From Candidatus Foliamicus sp. (GTDB taxonomy: Bacteria; Pseudomonadota; Gammaproteobacteria; Steroidobacterales; Foliamicaceae), in NCBI GenBank assembly GCA_965221325.1, contig OZ244880.1: 64,000 nt of DNA; one strand, written 5' to 3'. A program made the translations under genes and the position numbers. The notes beneath the pieces were generated by a model. That model was not told the DNA's origin, made no database searches, and saw only the letters and a list, made by a program, of their open reading frames with translations. Shown piece after piece: positions 60,250 to 64,000 of the stretch (positions are counted from its first letter, which is position 1; every line of letters starts with the position of its first letter).

Positions 60250-60534
60250 GCCGCAAGAATATCAGAAATATGGATCGTATTCCCGATTTAGGTTAGAAAT
60301 AAGGAGTATGTTCCGGAAATCGCTTTCCTGGAACTGTGCGCGGGCAGGGACTTTACTATCCCGTATAGGTCTCTTCAAATCGTATCCGCCGGGTCTCCTG
60401 TAACCAATGGGTCCGTCTCATCCAACGCCGCCTGCCAGCCAGAAAGGCCCAAAGCAAAAGCTGGACAGTTCATTTGTTACAAGTCCGGACAGTCTATTTG
60501 TTCCTAACATATGCGGCATCAGGCCATTGACAAA

Positions 60535-60544
60535 GGGGGGGGGG
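60535..60544 (+). repeat. G10 homopolymer tract
   Basis: Read directly: TTGACAAA-GGGGGGGGGG-TACCG. It lies 73 nt upstream of the ATG at 60617 and directly follows a perfect TTGACA hexamer (60527-60532). Confidence 0.95.
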
Positions 60545-60616
60545 TACCGACGTAGGCTGGCACTTGGAACTCGCTCAATGAGCGCCTTTTAAGAACTCTA
60601 ACAATGGAGAAAATCA

Positions 60617-61081
60617 ATGAGAATCCTATCTATTCTTTCACTTCTTGCCCTCTTGCTGCTCGGCACTAACGGATATGCTGGCGATATTGACGTAGAGGTC
60701 CATATTGATGCGCCGGAAGGCACGATTGTACCGGACCATTTTGTGCAAGTAGAGTTGGTCGGAAACGAGCATTTCGTAATAGTTCGAGACCATTCAGGGG
60801 AGATTATTTGGCGCCAGTTGGTCGACTTACCCCAAAGTTTGCAGGGCTCCGCATTAGCTGATGTGAATGCTGAACTAGCAAATGCTATTGCCGCTAGCGA
60901 CAGTTGCCAACAAGGGGTAACTGTGCAACAGACAGAGGAATATACGGATGAAGGTGATCATATCCGTGTTACTGTCACGATTACGTTGATTGATGCAAAC
61001 GGTAATGTGATTTCTCAATCTACATTTTCCTATCTGTTGCCAAAACTGAAAATAGAATTACCTTCGTTCGACAATGACTAG
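60617..61081 (+). CDS. Hypothetical secreted acidic protein (no recognisable family)
   Basis: 154 aa. SD GGAGA lies 6 nt upstream. Signal peptide MRILSILSLLALLLLGTNGYAG. Low-GC codon usage unlike the rest of the window. Confidence 0.65.
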   Translation: MRILSILSLLALLLLGTNGYAGDIDVEVHIDAPEGTIVPDHFVQVELVGNEHFVIVRDHSGEIIWRQLVDLPQSLQGSALADVNAELANAIAASDSCQQGVTVQQTEEYTDEGDHIRVTVTITLIDANGNVISQSTFSYLLPKLKIELPSFDND

Positions 61082-61270
61082 ATGCCCACAGTAACGAAAT
61101 AGGTGCGGGGTCCTTGGCGAACTCACCGCAACTGCTGCTGGGAGATGTCTGCTGTCTGCCTACAGAACTAATCACAGATCTGTATTGCCTTTGGGGATTA
61201 CATGCAGGTGCTTGCAACCCTCAATTCGCGGCACCGCACAGATTCTCTTCGCATCAAACTAAACTGAAAA

Positions 61271-61304
61271 GGGGCGGCCTGATGTGTTGGTCGCCCCTTT
61301 TTTT
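61271..61304 (+). terminator. Rho-independent terminator
   Basis: GGGGCG-15 nt loop-CGCCCC, then T7, with an A-run upstream. It lies 190 nt after the stop of the 60617 gene and 30 nt before the IS end. Confidence 0.7.
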
Positions 61305-61384
61305 GAACGTTGTCAATTTGGTCGCAAGTGGGGGTGACCGTTCCCCTGGATCCGAGCCACCCTGGATGTGGGAAATTCATCATA

Positions 61385-62200
61385 TCAAGCTACTTTCTTG
61401 GCGAACACCGAGGGGGGCATTCTGCCCACGGATCGGTGAGGCCGGACATGGTTGTAGTGCGTTTGCCAGCGCTTGATGATGGCGCGTGCTTCCGTCAGGC
61501 TGCCGAACCAATGTAAGTCCAGGCAGTACTCTCGGAACTTGCCGTTGAAGCTTTCCACGAACGCATTCTGAGTCGGCTTTCCGGGCTGGATGAAGTGGAG
61601 CCGCACACCGGTTCGCCGGGCCCAGAAGAACATCGCCTTGGAAGTGAACTCCGGGCCATTGTCGAGCACCAGGGTCCTGGGCAATGGCCGGATGGTGCCG
61701 AGCTCATCGAGATACCGGGCCAGGCGGGCGCCGGAGATCGAGGTGTCGACGATCTGACCGACACACTGGCGGGAGAAGTCGTCGATTAAGTTGAGGATCC
61801 GGAACCGCCGGCCATTGGCGAGCTGATCGGACATGAAGTCCGCGGACCAGCGCTCGTTCGCCTTCGTCGGCACCGGCATGGGCACTCTGGGCCGCGTGAT
61901 CTTCTTGCGGCGCTTGGTACGCACCTGCAGGCCTTCCTCGCGGTAGACCCGATACGTGCGCTTGCGGTTGATGACGCGGCCTTCCTGCTTGAGCATCTCG
62001 TGCAACGTCAGATAACCGTAGCGGGGATAGCGTTCCGCCAGGACCTGCATCCGGTGACGCAGGTCCGCGTCGTCACGGCCCTTGAGACGATACCAGGCCA
62101 CCGAACGGGGCAGGCCCACCAGGCGGCAGGCACGTCGTTGACTGTAGCGGCGATCGGTGAGGTGATCCACGGCCGCTCGCCGCTGGGCGACCGTCACCAT
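61385..62200 (-). CDS. IS3-family transposase OrfB (rve/DDE integrase domain), expressed as OrfAB by -1 frameshift
   Basis: WSADFMS...LDNGPEFTS...ESFNGKFREYCL...YNHVRPH. In the -1 frame relative to orfA. Confidence 0.92.
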   Translation of the reverse strand: MVTVAQRRAAVDHLTDRRYSQRRACRLVGLPRSVAWYRLKGRDDADLRHRMQVLAERYPRYGYLTLHEMLKQEGRVINRKRTYRVYREEGLQVRTKRRKKITRPRVPMPVPTKANERWSADFMSDQLANGRRFRILNLIDDFSRQCVGQIVDTSISGARLARYLDELGTIRPLPRTLVLDNGPEFTSKAMFFWARRTGVRLHFIQPGKPTQNAFVESFNGKFREYCLDLHWFGSLTEARAIIKRWQTHYNHVRPHRSVGRMPPSVFAKKVA

Positions 62201-62460
62201 TTTCCCTGAACCAGCTCCTTCAGCGCCGACTTGTCCAACTCCGCTTCGGCCAACAGCTTCTTGAGCCGGGCGTTCTCGTGCTCAAGATCACGAAGCCGCT
62301 TGGCGTCGGATATCTCCATGCCGCCATACTTGGACTTCCAGCGATAAATCGTGTTCTCGACGACACCATACCGGCGCGCCAACTCGCCGACCGGCTGACC
62401 GGCCTCGTGCTCCTTGAGGATCGAAATGATCTGTTCGTGCGTATACCGCTTCCGCTTCAT
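62194..62460 (-). CDS. IS3-family transposase OrfA (HTH)
   Basis: MKRKRYTHEQIISILKEHEAGQPVGELARRYGVVENTIYRWKSKYGG...RLRDLEHENARLKKLLAE. Slippery G GGA AAA at 62206-62200 just before the stop. Confidence 0.92.
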   Translation of the reverse strand: MKRKRYTHEQIISILKEHEAGQPVGELARRYGVVENTIYRWKSKYGGMEISDAKRLRDLEHENARLKKLLAEAELDKSALKELVQGKW

Positions 62461-62742
62461 CGGGGGACCTCCTTGGGGTCAACATACAAGGAAATCCCAC
62501 ATCCAAAACGGCTCGGATTACAGGGGAACGGTCAGGGGAAAACCATGGGAAGGCAGCTCTCATTCGATTACTAGAGGCTATCAAAAAGTGATGACTGATT
62601 GTGTTGCTTTGTTGACCCCGACTATGTGGATGGTGATGACGTAGTGGCTTATTTTCATTCTCACGCTCATGATCTTGAATCCACCTCCGAGCCAGGTGGT
62701 ACGCCGTTGTGCTGTCACACCGCGTTTGTTGAATATCGAAAC

Positions 62743-63618
62743 ATGGCCCTGAAATCGATCGTGACCACGACGCCAGCTATGCTGGTGCTCACAGGTGTCC
62801 TTGCCAGCGGGGCACTGGCGACTGAGGAGGAACATCCAGAAGAACTCTTGCCGCTCGACGTGGAACGTGTCTATGCCAATCAGGAAAGGCTCGTGCAGAT
62901 GGCCTTGGACAAAGTTCGGCGTTCCGAGGAAGGCGTAACCGAGACTTATTTTGTCGGCTTCGGCTCGTATGCGGCCCAAGATGTCTTCGAGAATGAAGTC
63001 AAGCTGATTGAGGCCCAGTTCCGTGAGCAACTTGGTGCCAAAGGCCGCACAGCAATGCTAATCAACAGTCGCAACACGGTTGACAAACTGCCGCTGGCGA
63101 ACGGCCCAAATCTCTCCGCGGTGCTCAATGGAATAGGCCGAAAGATGGGGGCTGAGGATCTGATAGTGCTGCACATCACCTCCCACGGTTCCAGACGGCA
63201 CAGAATTTCGGTACGTTTCAAGCCGTTTCGGATGAAGAGTCTTTCGGCTGAGCGCATCGGAAAAATCGTAAAGGACGCCAAGCTACCCTGGCAGGTGATC
63301 GTCATATCCGCCTGCTATTCCGGCGGCTATATCGACGCGCTCAAATCACCGCATACCATGGTGATTACCGCGTCCGAAGCCCGTCGGAGGTCGTTCGGCT
63401 GCGAATCCGGGCGCGACTACACGTATTTTGGCGCGGCGTTTTACCGCGACAACCTGTTTGGCGGCGATTATCGCGCTGCGTTCGAACGGGCTGCAGTGCT
63501 GGTCCGCCAGCGTGAGGAGAGCAAGGGCTACAAACCGTCGCTACCGCAAATCTGGGTTGGCGAGCTTATCGAGGACAAGCTGTCCCGTGCTCAAGGCGCG
63601 CAGCCATTTGGGAACTAG
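62743..63618 (+). CDS. Secreted C13 (legumain-like) family cysteine peptidase
   Basis: In-frame ATG 62743 with signal peptide MALKSIVTTTPAMLVLTGVLASGALA. His/Cys dyad context LIVLHITSHGS and VIVISACYSGG. 291 aa. Confidence 0.7.
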   Translation: MALKSIVTTTPAMLVLTGVLASGALATEEEHPEELLPLDVERVYANQERLVQMALDKVRRSEEGVTETYFVGFGSYAAQDVFENEVKLIEAQFREQLGAKGRTAMLINSRNTVDKLPLANGPNLSAVLNGIGRKMGAEDLIVLHITSHGSRRHRISVRFKPFRMKSLSAERIGKIVKDAKLPWQVIVISACYSGGYIDALKSPHTMVITASEARRRSFGCESGRDYTYFGAAFYRDNLFGGDYRAAFERAAVLVRQREESKGYKPSLPQIWVGELIEDKLSRAQGAQPFGN

Positions 63619-63696
63619 TACGGCTCAACTCACCACAGGGTGAAGAGTTGTTCTTCCTGCCTAATCCTCAAAGGACCGCACCGCTTAATCGTTTAG

Positions 63697-64000
63697 ATGA
63701 TTGAACTAAAAGGAATTAGTCGATCTTTCGAGGGAAAAGCCGACGTTCGCGTTGATGCCTTGCGCGATGTGTCTTTGGAAATTGGCGAAGGAGAGTTCGT
63801 CTGCGTTATCGGCTCGTCCGGAGCCGGCAAATCAACTTTGATGAACATTTTGGGTTGCCTGGACCGGCCTAGCGACGGATCGTACCTCCTCGCTGGCCGG
63901 GAAGTGCAATCGATAAGTGCGAATCGTCTGGCCTGGTTGCGTGGGCGCATCTTCGGTTTTGTGTTTCAGTCGTACAACCTCCTGGAGTCAGCAACTGTGC
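63697..64000 (+). CDS. ABC transporter ATP-binding protein (MacB/LolD-like), 3' end cut by window edge
   Basis: Not in the track. My own translation: MIELKGISRSFEGKADVRVDALRDVSLEIGEGEFVCVIGSSGAGKSTLMNILGCLDRPSDGSYLLAGREV... (Walker A GSSGAGKST). Confidence 0.85.
   Translation, partial: MIELKGISRSFEGKADVRVDALRDVSLEIGEGEFVCVIGSSGAGKSTLMNILGCLDRPSDGSYLLAGREVQSISANRLAWLRGRIFGFVFQSYNLLESATV

Larger units (their letters stand above)
61335..62534 (-). mobile_element. Intact IS3-family (IS407-group-like) insertion sequence, 1200 bp
   Basis: Terminal TG...CA. Imperfect IRs 61335-61373 and 62495-62534: TGACCGTTCCCCTG..ATCCGAGCC....TGGATGTGGGA, 34/40 identical by hand alignment. Flanking 4-bp direct repeat GGGG (61331-61334 and 62535-62538). 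orfA/orfB with a frameshift heptamer. Confidence 0.9.

Noticed and set aside
60407-60592. 61-aa ORF containing the G10 tract as KGGG codons (would be a coding-region phase switch)
   Set aside because: It has no RBS and a proline/serine-rich, non-protein-like sequence, and it ends just before the real gene's RBS. The tract is more plausibly in a promoter or 5' UTR.
61114-61476. 120-aa plus-strand ORF, and minus-strand ORFs 61198..61383 / 62288..62584
   Set aside because: They run across the IS terminal inverted repeats and through a terminator hairpin. Reconstructing the empty site gives only a roughly 50-aa implausible peptide, so no gene appears to be disrupted by the IS.
62599-62742. 48-residue N-terminal extension of the C13 peptidase ORF
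   Set aside because: The extension (MCCFVDPDYVDGDD...) precedes a canonical signal peptide that starts at the internal Met 62743. A signal peptide is expected at the true N-terminus.
63693-63950. 85-aa minus-strand ORF
   Set aside because: It is antisense to an ABC ATPase that has a perfect Walker A and the typical N-terminus. That ATPase is missing from the track only because it has no stop in the window.

Overview
High-GC (visually about 65% G+C) proteobacterial chromosome segment. Gene order and content look like a gammaproteobacterium of the Xanthomonadales/Nevskiales type: thrS-infC-rpmI-rplT-pheST-ihfA-MerR-tRNA-Pro, a fused aspartokinase/DAP-decarboxylase, and a bifunctional hisB. The taxon is inference only. 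The window has three parts. (i) 1-25.8 kb is an accessory catabolic region. It holds a hydantoinase A/B pair, a PrpD-like gene, an amidase, a form-II cox-type molybdenum hydroxylase cluster (coxGSLMDE), a DUF433/PIN-like pair, and three tandem beta-lactamase-fold serine hydrolases. Divergent from those hydrolases is a tightly coupled 7-gene operon: Rieske dioxygenase alpha/beta, CoA ligase, SCPx-type thiolase, DUF35::SDR fusion, SDR and cyclase-fold hydrolase. This enzyme set resembles the ipf (ibuprofen/aryl-alkanoate) logic. (ii) 26-51 kb is core housekeeping. It holds the thrS-to-tRNA-Pro block (pheT lacks the B2 tRNA-binding domain, and infC probably has a non-AUG start). Next comes a mixed overlapping operon: AI-2E permease, FAD oxidase, lysAC fusion, orphan hisE. 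On the minus strand lies a 12-gene leuA-ilvE-leuCDB-hisGDCBHAF array with 1-4 nt junctions, preceded by a Leu-type attenuator. (iii) 51.3-64 kb holds an orphan salicylate synthase with a STAS protein, a six-gene Vibrio TonB2-type system, an adrenodoxin-type ferredoxin and an AAA/DUF4143 ATPase. It ends in a lower-GC islet with an orphan secreted protein behind a G10 tract, an intact IS3/IS407-group element with a 4-bp duplication, a secreted C13 peptidase and a truncated ABC ATPase. No rRNA or CRISPR was seen. Many long ORFs in the supplied track are antisense or over-extended shadow ORFs typical of high-GC DNA. All family calls rest on motifs and remembered homologs, because no database search was possible.
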